From the human T2T-CHM13v2.0 reference genome, Homo sapiens, in assembly GCF_009914755.1 (NCBI RefSeq), contig NC_060943.1: a stretch of DNA of 64,000 nucleotides; one strand, given 5' to 3'. The notes under the pieces are model-generated. The model had not been told where the DNA came from. It did no database searches and saw only the letters and a list, made by a program, of their open reading frames with translations. Position 1 is the first letter of the stretch. Each line of letters opens with the position of its first letter. Below are positions 33,924 through 55,574 of this stretch, piece after piece. Made by a program: the position numbers and the translations under genes.

Positions 33924-34359
33924 TGAGTAGCTGGGACTATAGGCGCCCAACACCACACCTGGCTAATTTTTGTATTTTTAGTAGAGAGGGGGTTTCACCA
34001 TGTTTTGGACAGGCTGGTCTCAAACTCCTGACCTCAGGTGATCCACCCGCCTCAGCCTCCCAGAGTGCTGAGATTACAGGTGTGAGCCACCACACTCAGC
34101 CTATTCCTGTGTTTTCTTGTAAGCCAAGATCTAAAAGAAGCTTAGATGGATGCAGGTTTGATTTTTTTTTTTTTTTGGCAAGAACACTTTATACATAGGT
34201 GGTGCTATTCACATCCTGCTGTGTCTATTACATCAAGAGACACAGATTGTCTGATTGTCTCTCTTTTTGAGATATTAGAGTTGATCACTGGTTTGAGTGT
34301 CATTAGCTTGCTCCATGTCATCGTTTTTCTGAAGACTGAGGGACAGGGTATCCTGGTGA

Positions 34360-34793
<434 letters not shown>

Positions 34794-35109
34794 TGATAAC
34801 ATTCACGTTAAACATCATTGGCAAGAAAAGTCAGAGGTGCCGCTGCATACTTTGTATCACGTTACTCCAGGGAGCAAATAATGTCAGGTTGTCCCACAGT
34901 GAGTGGTACCAGCTTGAACCCTTGGTAAAGATGGTGTCCATCAGAGCTCCCCATGGAAAAGGTAGGTTTTTCTTTTTACAATGAAAAAGCAAGGCCAGGC
35001 ACAGTGGCTCATGCCTGTAATCCTAGCAGTTTGGGATTCCGAGGCGAGAGGATTGCTTGAGCCTAAGAGTTTGAGACCAGCGTGGTCAACATTGAGACCC
35101 TGTCTCTTA

Positions 35110-35386
<277 letters not shown>

Positions 35387-35479
35387 TTAAGACTACAGGA
35401 CGCTTGTAAAAATAATACAATGAACTCTCATATCCTTCACCTAGCCCAGTTTTTCAACATTTTACAACATTTGCCTTTC

Positions 35480-35640
35480 TGTCTCTCTCTCTCTCCATAT
35501 ATATATATAGATCTATATACACATATATGTATACACATATTACATATACATATATACCTATGTATACACACGTTATATATACATATATACACACAAATAT
35601 ATGCATATGTGTGCACAAAAAATATATATGTACACACATT
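35480..35640. repeat. (CT)n/(TA/CA)n compound low-complexity repeat
   Basis: Directly visible. Confidence 0.85.
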
Positions 35641-35840
35641 GGTGCAACCACTTGAATATAAGTTGCAAACACTTCACTAGTTCAGCAAGTATTTCCTAAG
35701 AACAAGGGCATTCTTTTACCTAACCACAGTACAATAATCAAATTCAGGAAGTTTAAGGTCTATAAAATACTATAGCTAATATCTAGTCCTACATTTAAAT
35801 TTCACCAATGTCCCAATACTGTCTTTTTTTTTTTTTTTAA

Positions 35841-36059
<219 letters not shown>

Positions 36060-37065
36060 TGATCCACTCACCTCAGCCTCCCAAACTACTGGGATTATAG
36101 GCGTGAGCCACCGCCCCCACCCTCCAATACTGTCTTTTTTTTTTTTTTTTTTTTTTTTTTTGAGTTGGAGTTTTGCTCTTGTACCCAGGCTGGAGTGCAA
36201 TGGCGCGATCTCGGCTCACTGCAACCTTCTGCCTCCTGGGTTCAAGCGATTCTCCTGCCTCAGCCTCCCAAGTAGCTGGGATTACAGGCACCCACCACCA
36301 TGCCCAGCTAATTTTTGTATTTTTAGTAGAGACAGGATTTCTCCATGTTGGCCAGGCTGATCTCGAACTCCTGACCTCAAGTGATCCACCTGCCTTGGCC
36401 TCCCAAAGTGCTGGGATTATAGGCGTGAACCACCACGCCTGGCCTAATGCTATCTTTTTACTGTTACTTTTTCCTGATTCAGAATCCAATCTAAGATCAC
36501 GCTTTGCATTTCCCTATTGTGTCTCTTTAGTCTCCTTTCATTTTTTTTTTTTTTTAATACGTGGAGGATGCCATGTGAACCTTTCATTTTTTATGGAGCT
36601 CTGCTGCCTTTTTTTTTCTTTTTCAATCTTTCATGTTGACGTTTTTGAAGAGTGCAGCCAGTTGGGCTGTAGAGTGTCCCACTGTCCTCATGAGTGGATT
36701 CAGGTTACGCATTCTCAGCAGGAACACGACATAAAGGAGGGAGTGGTTTGCTCAGCTCTCTTCTCTGGAGGCCCGTGGTGTAGGTCTGCCCTGTTGCTGG
36801 TGATGTTAACTGCGATCACTTGGTTAAGGCAGTATCTGCCAGGTTCTTTCACCATAAAGGAAGCTTTTTATCTCTGTAATAATTAATAGATCTTCTGTGG
36901 GGAGATTCTGTCATCCAGCAATCGAGCATCCCCTCGTGACTCTTGCCTGAATCTAACATTACTACTAGGATTGCAGAATGGTGTTTTCTTCTAACTCTAT
37001 TATTCCACCTACATGGATAAATTGGTGTGCTACTGAAAAGAACTTTCTCTTTTTTCTTATTTTAA

Positions 37066-37479
<414 letters not shown>

Positions 37480-38024
37480 TAGCTCACTGCAGCCTTGAAC
37501 TCCTAGGCTCGAGGGATCCTCCCTCCTGAGCCTCCCAAGTAGCTAAGACAACAGGAACTAATTATTTATTTTTAGTAGAGATGGGGTCTCACTATGTTGT
37601 CCAGGCTGGTCTTGAGCTGCTGACCTCAAGTGATCTGCCCACCTCGGCCTCCCGAGGTGTGGAGATTCCACTCATGAGCCACGGTGCCCAGCCTCCATTA
37701 TTTTTCAACGGCAAGTCATGCTGTGATAAATCAGCCTGTGCATGTGTGGTTTCCCATCACGGGAGAGATATCCTCAGGATAAATTCCTGGAAGTGGGATT
37801 GCTGGGTTAAAGGACAGATCCGTGTGTGATTTTGTTAGATGCTACTAAATCCCCTTTCACGTGGCGGCACCGTTTTGCATTCCCACCAGCAATGTAGAAG
37901 GACGTCCATTCTCTCAGCCTCCCCAAAAGAGTGTGCTGTGAAGCTTTTAAACTTCTGACTACCCGGTTGATGAGAAGTGGTAGCTCATCATATTTTTCAT
38001 TTGCATTTCTCAAATTTTGAGTGA

Positions 38025-38435
<411 letters not shown>

Positions 38436-38681
38436 TGACAGAAACAGACATGGGGAAATCTGGGGGAAGAGCATTCCAGGTAGAAGGAATGGCAAGACCA
38501 AAGGCCCTGAGGCAGAAGTGAGCTTGAGGAGTTCAAGGAAGAGCAAGAAAGTTAGGTGTTCTAGGCCGAGTGTGGTGGCTCACGCTTGTAATCCCAGCAC
38601 TTTGGGAGGCCAAGGTGGAAGAACTGCTTGAGCTCAGGAGTTCGAGACCAGCCTGGGCAACATGGGGAGACCCTGTCTCTA

Positions 38682-38906
<225 letters not shown>

Positions 38907-39226
38907 TCAGAGATGGTGTGGGCAGATACCGGACCATTTATATACTGCAGTCTAAGAGGTCAGCGAAGTTTTCTGTAAAGAGCCAAATAATAAATACCTT
39001 CAGCTTTATTGGCCACCCAGTCTCTCTTGTAACTACTCAGCCTTGTGGTTGTAGCAAAAAACCAGTCACAGGCAATATGTAAACAAATGGGTGTGGCTGT
39101 GTTCCACTATCATTTGTAGAAACCAAAATTTAAAATTAATGTACTTTAAAAAGTTGAGATATAAAGCCAGGCACAGTGGCTCACGCCTGTAATCCCAGCA
39201 CTCTGGGAGATGAGGTGTGCAGATCA

Positions 39227-40345
<1,119 letters not shown>

Positions 40346-41266
40346 AATGAAATTCATATACTTTTTATGTGCCACAAAATACCAGTCTTGTTTTGATTTT
40401 TAACATCATTTACTTATGTGAAAGCCATTCTTAGCTGGTGGGCCATACACAATGAGGGGGTGAGCTGGGTTTCGTCCATGGACCATGGTTTGCCGACCAC
40501 CGGTGTAGACAGTGGAAGGAATTTGGGCTTATTCTGTGTGTGGCACACAGAATGTAGGATTCTAGGGGAAGAGGTTGATAGGGATTAGTTAGATACATTT
40601 AAGGCAGGGAACTTTATAGCCTCCTTAAGCCACTCTTGGCATGGTTACTGTTTAGAGGAAATTTCATCTGGAGAAAATGATAATCGCCTCTTAGAAATTC
40701 TCAGATTGGACCTCTCCTCTGCACACTGTCCGTATGCTCTATTTCCTCAATTGTAAATGGTGTTAAAAATGTACCTCCTTCAAAGAGGTGTTGTGAAGTT
40801 TGAATGAATGTATATATATACACAACACCAAGAACAGTGCCTGGCACAGACCAAGACCTATATAAGTCGTTGCTATTATTATTGCTATTGTTGCAATTAT
40901 TATCCACACAGCCTCAGCTCAGGCCTCATCCTCTTCGCCCTGGAATATGTCTCCCTCCAGTCTGTTCCCAGCATCAACCAGCCCCCAAAGTTTCTTCTAA
41001 CACTGGGATCTGGCCCTGTCCTTCCTCTGCTACAAACTTTGTGTAGCTCCCTAGCACCCTTGGCGTCAACACCCAGCTCCTGGGCCCGGCATTCGAGGCT
41101 CACCACGGCTATACCTTCCCCTTTCTCTAACCTCATTTCTTGTGGCTACAGCTTATGTTACAGCTACATGGGTGGACCAGCTCTATTTTCCCTCCTTCCG
41201 AAACCTTTGCCCATGCTGTGCACTCTGCCAGTGTGCCCTTATTCTTCTCTGGGCCTCATCCTTTAA

Positions 41267-41580
41267 GGCCGGGCGCGGTGGCTCAAACCTGTAATCTTAG
41301 CATTTGGGGAGGCCGAGGTGGGTGGATCACCTGAGGTCAGGAGTTTGAGACCAGCCTGGCCAACATGGTGAAACCCCGTCTCTACTAAAAATATAAAAAA
41401 AAAAATTAGTCGGGAGTGGTGGCGGGCGCCTGTAATCCCAGCTACTTGGGAGGCTGAGGCAGGAGAATCGCTTGAACCTGGGAGGTTGAAGGTTGCGGTG
41501 AGCCGAGATCGGGCCACTGCACTCCAGCCCAGGCCACAGAGTGAGACTCCATTTCAAAAAAAAAAAAGAGAGAAAAGAAA
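41267..41580 (+). mobile_element. Alu
   Basis: Full dimer with A tail. Confidence 0.92.
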
Positions 41581-41962
41581 AGAAGACTTGAACAAAGAAA
41601 TCTTTCCTTCATTTCTCTTGCCCCTGCCCCAGGCAGGTTTGGCACTCCTTCCAGAGTCCCACACAGCGTGCTACTTCCTTGTAGCACCTATCACCTTATA
41701 TGTGACTTAATCAGTGTGTTCCTATTTTCCTTCTCCAATTGTATTGTGAGCTCCTGGATGGCAGATTTAGGGGGATAAAGGGGGAGGTGGTTGTTGATTC
41801 ATCTCTGGGCTCCCTGCACCCAACCAAGGCCCAGCATACAAGGGGCTTCAGGGAAGTTAGTCCAGGACAGAATGGGGAGGAGGGGAAGGCAGTGAGGTGG
41901 GGCTGGGGCTGGGAAAAGGGGCCCACTTCTAATGGACGAGGGCACCCCCTCTGCTCCCCTAG

Positions 41963-42108
41963 GCCTCTCCTTGGTGGTGGGCTTGGTTCTTTACATCTCC
42001 AGCATCAACGACGAGGTCATGAACAGGCCCAGCAGCTCTGAGCAGTATTTTCATTATCGCTACGGGTGGTCTTTTGCCTTCGCCGCTTCCTCCTTCCTAC
42101 TCAAAGAG
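41963..42108 (+). CDS. CACNG7: TARP gamma-7 coding exon 4
   Basis: 146 nt, TAG/GTGAC; LSLVVGLVLYISSINDEVMNRPSSSEQYFHYRYGWSFAFAASSFLLKE. Confidence 0.97.
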
Positions 42109-42124
42109 GTGACGTCCGTGGGAC

Positions 42125-42480
42125 CTAGACTCTAGAGTTCTGAATGGAGAGAGGTCTTGGGGGCCTGGTTCCTGAGTCCAGGAGGAAGGAGAGGCTGGAG
42201 ATGCAGACTCTGGCGTCAGAGGGAGGTGGTAGCTGAGGGTCTAACCCCTGGGTCCTGGAGGAAGAGGGGTCTGAGAGCTCCAACTTTTGGGATCCTGGGG
42301 GAGGAGGGGTCTGGAGACTGGGACTCCTGGGTCTTGAGGGAGGGGCCAACCTGAGGGCTTGGACTCCTGAGGTCCCGGGGAAAGAGAGGGCTGGAGCCCT
42401 GATCCTGGGTCCTGGGATAGGAAGGGGCTTGGGGTGGGGACTCTGAGTCCTGGAGTGAGAGGAGATGAGTCGGGGTCCGG
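42125..42480 (+). repeat. Degenerate MSR1-like ~37-bp minisatellite filling the last CACNG7 intron
   Basis: Units resemble GAGGAGGGGCTGGGGGCCTGGACTCCTGGGTC (e.g. 42301-42335). Confidence 0.65.
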
Positions 42481-42528
42481 GGATGCGCAGGGGGGCGCCC
42501 CTGGGACTCTGACCTTGCCTTGCCGCAG

Positions 42529-42786
42529 GGGGCCGGCGTGATGTCCGTGTACCTGTTCACCAAGCGCTACGCGGAGGAGGAGATGTACCGTCCACACCCG
42601 GCCTTCTACCGCCCGCGTCTCAGCGACTGCTCCGACTACTCGGGCCAGTTCCTGCAGCCCGAGGCGTGGCGCCGCGGCCGGAGCCCCTCCGACATCTCCA
42701 GCGACGTGTCCATCCAAATGACGCAGAACTACCCTCCCGCCATCAAGTACCCGGACCACCTGCACATCTCCACCTCGCCCTGCTGA
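42529..42786 (+). CDS. CACNG7: TARP gamma-7 last coding exon; total CDS 828 nt = 275 aa, C-terminus HISTSPC
   Basis: CAG acceptor; GAGVMSVYLFTKRYAEEEMYRPHP...HISTSPC*; exon lengths 196+87+141+146+258=828. Confidence 0.98.
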   Translation, partial: GAGVMSVYLFTKRYAEEEMYRPHPAFYRPRLSDCSDYSGQFLQPEAWRRGRSPSDISSDVSIQMTQNYPPAIKYPDHLHISTSPC

Positions 42787-44187
42787 GGCCCGCCCCTCGG
42801 AGCTCCCCCTGCCTCCTCCTCCTCCTCGTCTTAGGGGGTCTCCCTGCAATGCAGCGCCCCCTTCCGTCCTCGGGACTCCTCGCTCCCACCCGGAGGAGGC
42901 TGCGCCAGCTTTAGGCCCCGCCCTCCTCCCAATGGCTCCGCCCACAGACTCCCTTATTTCAATGGCCGCGCCCTCTTTTCCCGACCTCTCCTTTTCATTG
43001 GTCCCTCTCACTCCCAAATGACTCCTCCCCTTCGTTGGCCCGCCCCTTTCCTCTGGCCCCTCCTCTCCAAGAAAATTAGCTCCTCCCTCGTTCTCCACCT
43101 GCTCTGAGCTGGGAGCAGCCAGAGGCGGTGCAAGCGCCCAGCTCCCCAGAGCTCCCCAACCTCGGACCTCACCGCAGGGGCGCTGGGCTGGAGAGCAGGT
43201 TCGGGCAGCCGTCGGGAATACCGACCATCCTCTTCTCCCTTCTAACCTGGGCTTCCTTTTTCCCTGCCTAATCTCACCTCCTGACCTGCTGGGTCCTCCG
43301 GTGCAGTGGGAGGGCCGGCTTGCTCCACCCGCAGCCCCGGGGTGGCGTAGGGAAGGGGGCTGGAAGCCACGGGTACGGTTAACCTGGCCCTTCCCTCCCC
43401 ATCTCCCCTACTTCCCTGGAAGGTCCCATTCTTTCTCACCGGCTGGGCTCTTTTCTGCTTCCTGAAGGTTACCTGCCTTTTAGGGGGCTCTTGTCTAAAG
43501 GATCTTCTTGCTTTCTCAGCTATCCTTGGCTTCTTTTTCGTCTTCCTCCTCCTTTAACTCTTTCTCTCCTTTCCTCCCTTCACCCGTTCGTCCCAAGCCC
43601 TTGGGTGCATCCCGCCCTAGGCGCACACCAGACGGCCAGAATGGGGACCCTAGGGTGGAGGGAATTCCCCCACGCCATCTCCGCACCTGTGCCCGCCTCT
43701 CCCCCCTCGAGGCCCCGTCGAGGGAGGGAGGGGCAGTAGCGGGGGTCGACACCCCCCCCAAACCTCTAAGTCTTCCATTTTCTGGCTCTCCTCCTCATTG
43801 ACGTCCCTCTTCCCCCCTCAGAACCCCAACTCTGGCCTCTTTCAAGGGCCCGTCCGCCCCGTTGGACAGATTTTGGGGGGAGAGGAGGTCACCAGGAACT
43901 CGCCCACCCCCCCTTATTAGGGAAAGAGGGGCGAGGTAGCACAGTGCTGTACACGGAACCAGAATGGCCCCCGGGGTGGGGGGAGGGGGGCAGGGGAGGG
44001 ACGGGGGCTTTTAGTTTGCATCTTAGGTGGGAGGGGGGAGGGGGGACCCGCCGCAGTTAACCTGACTTTACGCAGCGATTTTTAACGAGGCTGGGGGGAG
44101 GGGGGCACTGGGGTGGGGACAGGGTGGGGTGGGGGGCCTGGCTCTGTTATTTACCGTGTATCATATGTAAATATCGACAGAAACTTC

Positions 44188-44193
44188 AATAAA
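44188..44193 (+). terminator. CACNG7: CACNG7 polyadenylation signal AATAAA (3' UTR about 42787-44210)
   Basis: First AATAAA after the stop codon, with upstream TGTA elements at 44157 and 44166. Confidence 0.85.
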
Positions 44194-47046
44194 CTTTATT
44201 TCAAACACGTCTCCGCCTGCCCGGAGGGAAGGGATTGGATAGAGGGGGCTTAGTCTGGGTCTCTGCTTCTAGGGTTGCAGGCCTAAAGTACTGCAGAATG
44301 ACGTTAGATGGGTCGTTGTTAAATGACTTAATCATCATCATTATCAACGGCAGCGCTTTATACTTCAGTCCGTGTAAAGCATGCAGGACCGTAAATGATA
44401 CTGGTCAGGATCAATAAACGCTTTCTCCTGGTATTATTATGACCACGTAGAGTACTGTTACTATGACTCGGCTTCCTTCGACATTCATTGCTTCTTTTAA
44501 CTTTTCCCCCAAGCCTGCACGGTCAATTTATTGGCCTCATTTTGCAGATAGGTCCAGAGAGGTGAAGTGACGTATCCAAGATCACACAGGTGGAAGTTGG
44601 CAGAGCCATTTGCTAAAGCCAAGTTTAGGCCTGGTGCGGTGACTCACGCTTGTAATCCCAGCACTTTGGGAGGTCAAGCTGGGGGGATCACTTGAGGTCA
44701 GGAGTTCGAGACCAGCCCAGCCAACATGGCGAAACCCTGTCTCTACTAAAAACACAAAAAAATTAGCTGGCCACGGTGGCTCACGCCTGTAATCCCAGCT
44801 ATTCGGGAGGCTGAAGCAGAGAATCGCTTGAACTTGGGAGGCGGAGGCTGCAGTGAGCCGAGTGCACTGCACGCCAGCCTGGGCGACAGAGTGAGACTCC
44901 ATCTCAAAATAATAATAAAACCAAGTTTATCTGGTTCTGAAGCTCAGGCTTCCTCCCCCTTGCACTAGGCAGTGGTGGGTTTTCCCAATGCTTGGCTCAG
45001 TCCCTCTGTTAAGAAATGACTGCTACCATTTACTGCACACCTACCCTGAGCCAGACGCCTTCCTTCCTTACATGATCTCATTAGACATTCACAGCAACCC
45101 TGTATGTAGGAATTATCACCCCATTTTTGCAGGTGAAGGAGGCAGGCTCGGAAAGTGGGTGCCACAATCTGCAGTCTCACCCACTATACTGAGAGACTGA
45201 GAACAGCCTAAATGTTTGATAAGCTTATTTTTGCAGCGTATTGTAAAGGAAACACCGTGCCAGATCTTCCCTTCTTTGCCTTGTCTAGATTTGGCCTCTT
45301 AAGGATCCATCAGAATAACTTTTGCTGTTACAGTCACAACTGTTAACAACCAAGACACATTTATCAGGTCATCATTAGGGTATCAGACACCGCACTAAGC
45401 ACTTTTTTAAAAAAAAATAGAGACAGGGTATCCCTGTGTTGCCCAGGTTGGTCTTGAGCTCCTGGGCTCAAGGGATCCTCCTGCCTCGGCCTCCGAAAGT
45501 GCTAGAATTACAGGCATGAGCCACCCTACCCAGCCTGCACTAGGCACTTTTGATTTATTAGCTCATTGAATCCTTCCAACCATCCTGTGAATCAGGCATC
45601 CCAATTAGCCCCATTTTATAGATGAAGAAACCGAGGCTCAGGGAAGTGAGGCCACCCAGCTGGTAAGATGCGGAGGAGAATTCATGCCCAGCCTGTCTGA
45701 CCTCAGAGCCCACACTCTTAGCTGCTATAATTTACTACTATGGATTTGGTGCAAACTCATTCTGTGACCTTGAGCAAATCTTTGAATCTCTGGGGCTTCA
45801 GTTTCTTTTTCTATAAAAAAATAAAAAAATACCGAGGGCACTGGTTGGTTTAGAAGGATTCCAAATCCCTCTGGAATAGGGAGGTTGGTGGGGGTAAGTT
45901 AGCAGGAAAGAGTTCTGAATCAGCAGGACTGGACTCCCGGAGGGAAATATTCTAAGTCATTTTCAATAATTTCACCAATTTCTGGAGGTCATGCTTGAGA
46001 TTCGGGATGGCAAATCATGTTTCAGCTTCGTTGTCAAAACTAAGTGATTCGTACGGGCTGCTTGGAGCCCGGTGTTAGAAGGATTCTGAACATCTGCTCA
46101 GTGGGAAAGAGTGTTGCCATTGATTGGTGCTGTCTGCCGTGCTGCTCAATTGGTGCTGTCTGCCTTGCCTGCAGGATGGGCTGTGGTGACGCAAATGCTA
46201 GATACTTGCTAACACTATGGGGAAGTTAACAACCTAAAATCCTAAGGGTTGTGTTCTTTTAAAAAATCAAGCTAGTTCTTTTGTTTATTAAACTTTGAAA
46301 ATGGAATGTAATCCCACAGTTCGAGATTGGTGAGTTTTTTGATTTGTTTTAAAGAAATGCTGTGAAAAGTTCCACCTTTATTTATCCAAAGTAAGTCAGG
46401 ATGTCCTAACATTCTGAAATCCTCCTCTTCCTGAGGCATTATTAGTTTTCAATGTATAATTTCAGGAATACTCTATGCATATTCAAGCATATATGCATGT
46501 GTTTAAATCCACATACAGATGAGTATGTGGTATACATATTTTTATTTTATACATTTATCATGTAATGCACATAGTTCTGGGCCTTCCAGTTTCAAATGAG
46601 AATGCATGGGGCTCATTTAGTATGTTATATAACTCTACTGTTTTCCAAGGCTGCTTAATAACAATTGTTTGCATAAATTAATTGCGTAATTTATTGAGTG
46701 CTTACATGCCAGCCACTTTGTGTTTCAGTCCTAAGCCTTTTACATTCTGTAACCTCAGGAGGTTTAGTACTCTTAGTATCATTCTCACTTTATAAATGAG
46801 ATCCTGAGACACAGAGAGGGTAATTAGCTTTCTCCTGGTCACACAGCTAGTAAGCGGTCAAGCTAAAATTTGAATCCTGGGAGTCTCTTGTGTCGACAAT
46901 ACTTATCCGCTAAGCTGTATACCTTTGTGTGTGTGTGTGTGTATATATACTGCCCTCCTTGGCCTCCCAAAGTGTTGGAATTACAGTTGTGGGCCACCAT
47001 GCCTGGCCCTCTGTGTATATTGAAGCCACCTGGTTCCATCTATTTA

Positions 47047-47102
<56 letters not shown>

Positions 47103-47371
47103 TTTGAGATGGAGTCTTGCTCTGTTGTCCAGGCTGGAGTGCAGTGGTGCCATCTTGACTCACTGCAACCTCTGCCTTCTGGGTTCAAGCAATTCTCCTG
47201 CCTCAGCCTCCCGAATACCTAGGACTACAGGCACACACCGCCACGCCTGGCTAATTTTTTGTATTTTAGTAGAGGCGGGGTTTCACCGTGTTGCCCAGGC
47301 TGGCTGTGAACTCCTGAGCTCAGGCAATCCACCTGCCTCGGCCTCCCAAAGTGCTGGGATTACAGGCGTGA

Positions 47372-48339
<968 letters not shown>

Positions 48340-49372
48340 CTACCCTATACTGCCCCCCTTAGACCACACTGGTTTACAGGACAATACCACATACCAGTGC
48401 TTTTCAAAATGTGTCCTGGGGAGCTGGAACATCCCTGAGACTCATTTAGGAAGTCCACAAGGTCAAAGGCATTTTTATCGTAATACTAAGATATTTTCCT
48501 TTTTTTCATTCTTATTCTCTCATGAGTGTATAGAGTCTGGAGGCTTCACAGGAAGTAAGAACACGACTGAACACAGAAGCAGATATGAGACTGACTTTCT
48601 TCTGTTGAGTCAAACGTTAAATCTATTTTAAAAAATATAAACCAATACCATTATATAATTTTTTAATTTTGGAAACTAGTTATTTTTATTAAAGTAAGTT
48701 GCTTATGTAAATATACAATAAGCTGATTATTTTACTTAAATACATATTTTAGATTTTCTTCTCAGTTTGAATTGCAAATATGCAAAATATCGATAGACAT
48801 AGCACAAATTTGAAAAGCTCTTTGGGGTCCCCTACAATTTTCTTTTTTTTTTATTTTATTTTTAGAGACAAGATCTTGCTCTGTTGCCCAAGCTGAAGTG
48901 CAGTGGGGTTATCATAGCTCATTGCAACCTTGAACTCCCAGGTTCAAGCAATCCTCCCATCTCAGCCTCCTGAGTAGCAAATACTACAGGTGAGCACCAC
49001 CATGCCCAGCTAGTATTTTAATTTTTTTTTGTAAAGATGGAGTCTCAAACTCACGGCCTCAAATGATCCTCTCACCTCGGTCTCCCGAAGTGTTGGGACT
49101 ACAAGTGTGAGCCACCAGCTCTCTACAGTTAAGTGTACGGAGGGATCCTGCATTCAAAGGTTTCAATGCTAATGCTGTATGTCACAGAGTTAGTAAGATT
49201 TACCTAATTCCTCTAATGACTATGTAGTGGTCCATTGCAGAGAGGTAATTTATGTGAACAATAAACTCATTTTAATTACGAATTTATTTATTTATTTATT
49301 ATTCTTAATTTTTAATTTTTTTCTATTTTAAATTTTTTTCTATTTCTATAATAAATTGATTAATTTATTTGA

Positions 49373-49591
<219 letters not shown>

Positions 49592-49675
49592 TGATCTGCC
49601 CGCTTTGGCCTCCCAAAGTGCTGGGGTTACAGGAGTGAGGCACCGTGCCTGGCCCTGAAATGTAATACTCAGTCA

Positions 49676-49822
<147 letters not shown>

Positions 49823-49990
49823 CTAGTGAAATCCCATGACATAGTCTCTACTAAAAATACAAAATTAGCCGGGCGTGGTGGCACATGCCTCTGATCCCAG
49901 CTACTTGGGAGGCTGAGGCAGGAGAATTGCTTGAACCCCGGGAGGCTGAGGTTACAGTGAGCCGAGATTCAGCCTCAGCAACAAGAGTGA

Positions 49991-50680
<690 letters not shown>

Positions 50681-50804
50681 TGCCAGACTTTTATCTAGAA
50701 ATCAATAAATAGAAATATCTTTATGAAGATATTTCTTTTGCGGCTGGGCGCAGTGGCTTACGCCTGTAATCCCAGCACTTTGGGAGGCCAAATCAGGTGG
50801 ATCA

Positions 50805-51110
<306 letters not shown>

Positions 51111-51336
51111 TTACCTTTATTTTTATGGACACAAATGAGTTTTTCCTAAATTGATTCATAAGCTGTGATTCTTTTTTTAATTTTTATTTTGAGACAGGGT
51201 TTTTCTCTGTCGCTTGGGCTGGATGGAGTGCAGTGGCATGACCTTGGCTCACTGCAGCCTCAACCTCCTGAGCTCAAGGCATCCTCCCACCTCAGCTTCC
51301 TGAGGAGCTAGGACTACACTCCTGGTTCATTTTTTA

Positions 51337-51465
<129 letters not shown>

Positions 51466-51527
51466 CTACTAAAAATACAAAAAATTAGCCGGATGTGGTG
51501 GCGGACGCCTGTAATCCCAGCTACTCA

Positions 51528-51632
<105 letters not shown>

Positions 51633-52588
51633 TCAAAAAAATATATATATTTTTTGTAGAGTCGGGGGCCTCCCTATGTTGCCCAGGCTGGGCTCAAGCA
51701 ATCCTCCCGCCTCAGCTTCCCGAAGTGCTGGGATTACAGGCATGAGCCACGGCGCTCTGCCAGCTGTGATAATCTGCAGGAGATTAGGGACCTCTTGGAG
51801 AGTCAGATAAAAGCTACGGACCCCCAGGAAAAAAATACTTATACTCACAATATTCTGTACATAATATCAGGGGCTTCAGTGACATCCCATTAGCTCTGGC
51901 AGAATGCCTTGGATGTGTGATTTCGAATCACAGTCTCAACAAGAGAGAGATCACTAACGGTATCCCTCTTCCCCTTCTACAGATGAGAGAATGAGAGAAG
52001 GAAGCTGCAGTGAGAATCAAGCTTTGGATCCGGGTTCCTTGGGGAGGCAAAGAAGAGCCGGAGTTGGAACTCCAGCCACCTGGCTCCCCAGCGTTGGAAT
52101 ATTTCCACTTCACCCTGAATGAGGACGTTTAAGAAACGCTGATCGACGCTTCCTGGTACAGCAGGAAGACATGCCACCACCACCCTGTTCCTCTTGAGGA
52201 AACACAAAGGCCCCAGCTGTTGTTGATGAGAAACACTCGCGCACCTGGGAAAAACCACACACTCAGGATGTGAGGCAGGGAGAAGGGTTGGATAGGGACA
52301 AGAGGTTGGAACTGGCTGCGTAGAGGGTGGAGACCCTAGAATATGTATCCACTCATTCCCTGACTCATTCATTTTCTCATTCATTCGTTCATTCATTCAT
52401 TCATTTGTTCATCATCCCTGGACCCGAGGGCTCCTGTCCATCAGGGCTGAGCTGGGATCTAGGGGACACGGAAGTAAATCAGACCCGTGCCTGTCCTTGA
52501 ACAGCTCCGGCACCAGTGCGGAGAAGACCGACCCACATGTCAATCACAATATAGCCTTGCTGTGGCTTTAAGGAGCCAGTGCAGGCCT

Positions 52589-53448
<860 letters not shown>

Positions 53449-53482
53449 TAGCCAGGATGGTCTCGATCTCCTGACCTCGTGA

Positions 53483-53605
<123 letters not shown>

Positions 53606-53670
53606 TAGTGGCACAGTCTTGGCTCACTGCAACCTCCGCCTCCCAGGTTTAAGTGATTCTTCTGCCTTAG

Positions 53671-54662
<992 letters not shown>

Positions 54663-54867
54663 GTTGGAAGTGAGGACCGAGGACCTTCTCAAGGGAAGGG
54701 ATTAGCAAACCTATCTCTAAGTCTGCAGGCTCTAGGTCTCTGGGTCAAGCCCAGCAGAGGCCTTGGCTAATGTGAAATGAATATGTGAGCAAATGTAGAA
54801 ATGAGATCTTATAAAAGTCTACAACCTGCTTCTTCTGTGACACCCCTTCTGAAGGGGCCTTCCATGA

Positions 54868-55461
<594 letters not shown>

Positions 55462-55574
55462 TGATCTGCCCGCCTCGGCCTCCCAAAGTGCTGGGATTAC
55501 AGGCGTGGACCACCACACCTGGTAATACTCCCATCTTTCAAAATGAAGTGAAGAGATGCTATCTCATTCCTTAA

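Noticed and set aside
42241-43098. 285-aa antisense ORF over the last CACNG7 exon
   Set aside because: Shadow of GC-rich coding sequence with no independent support
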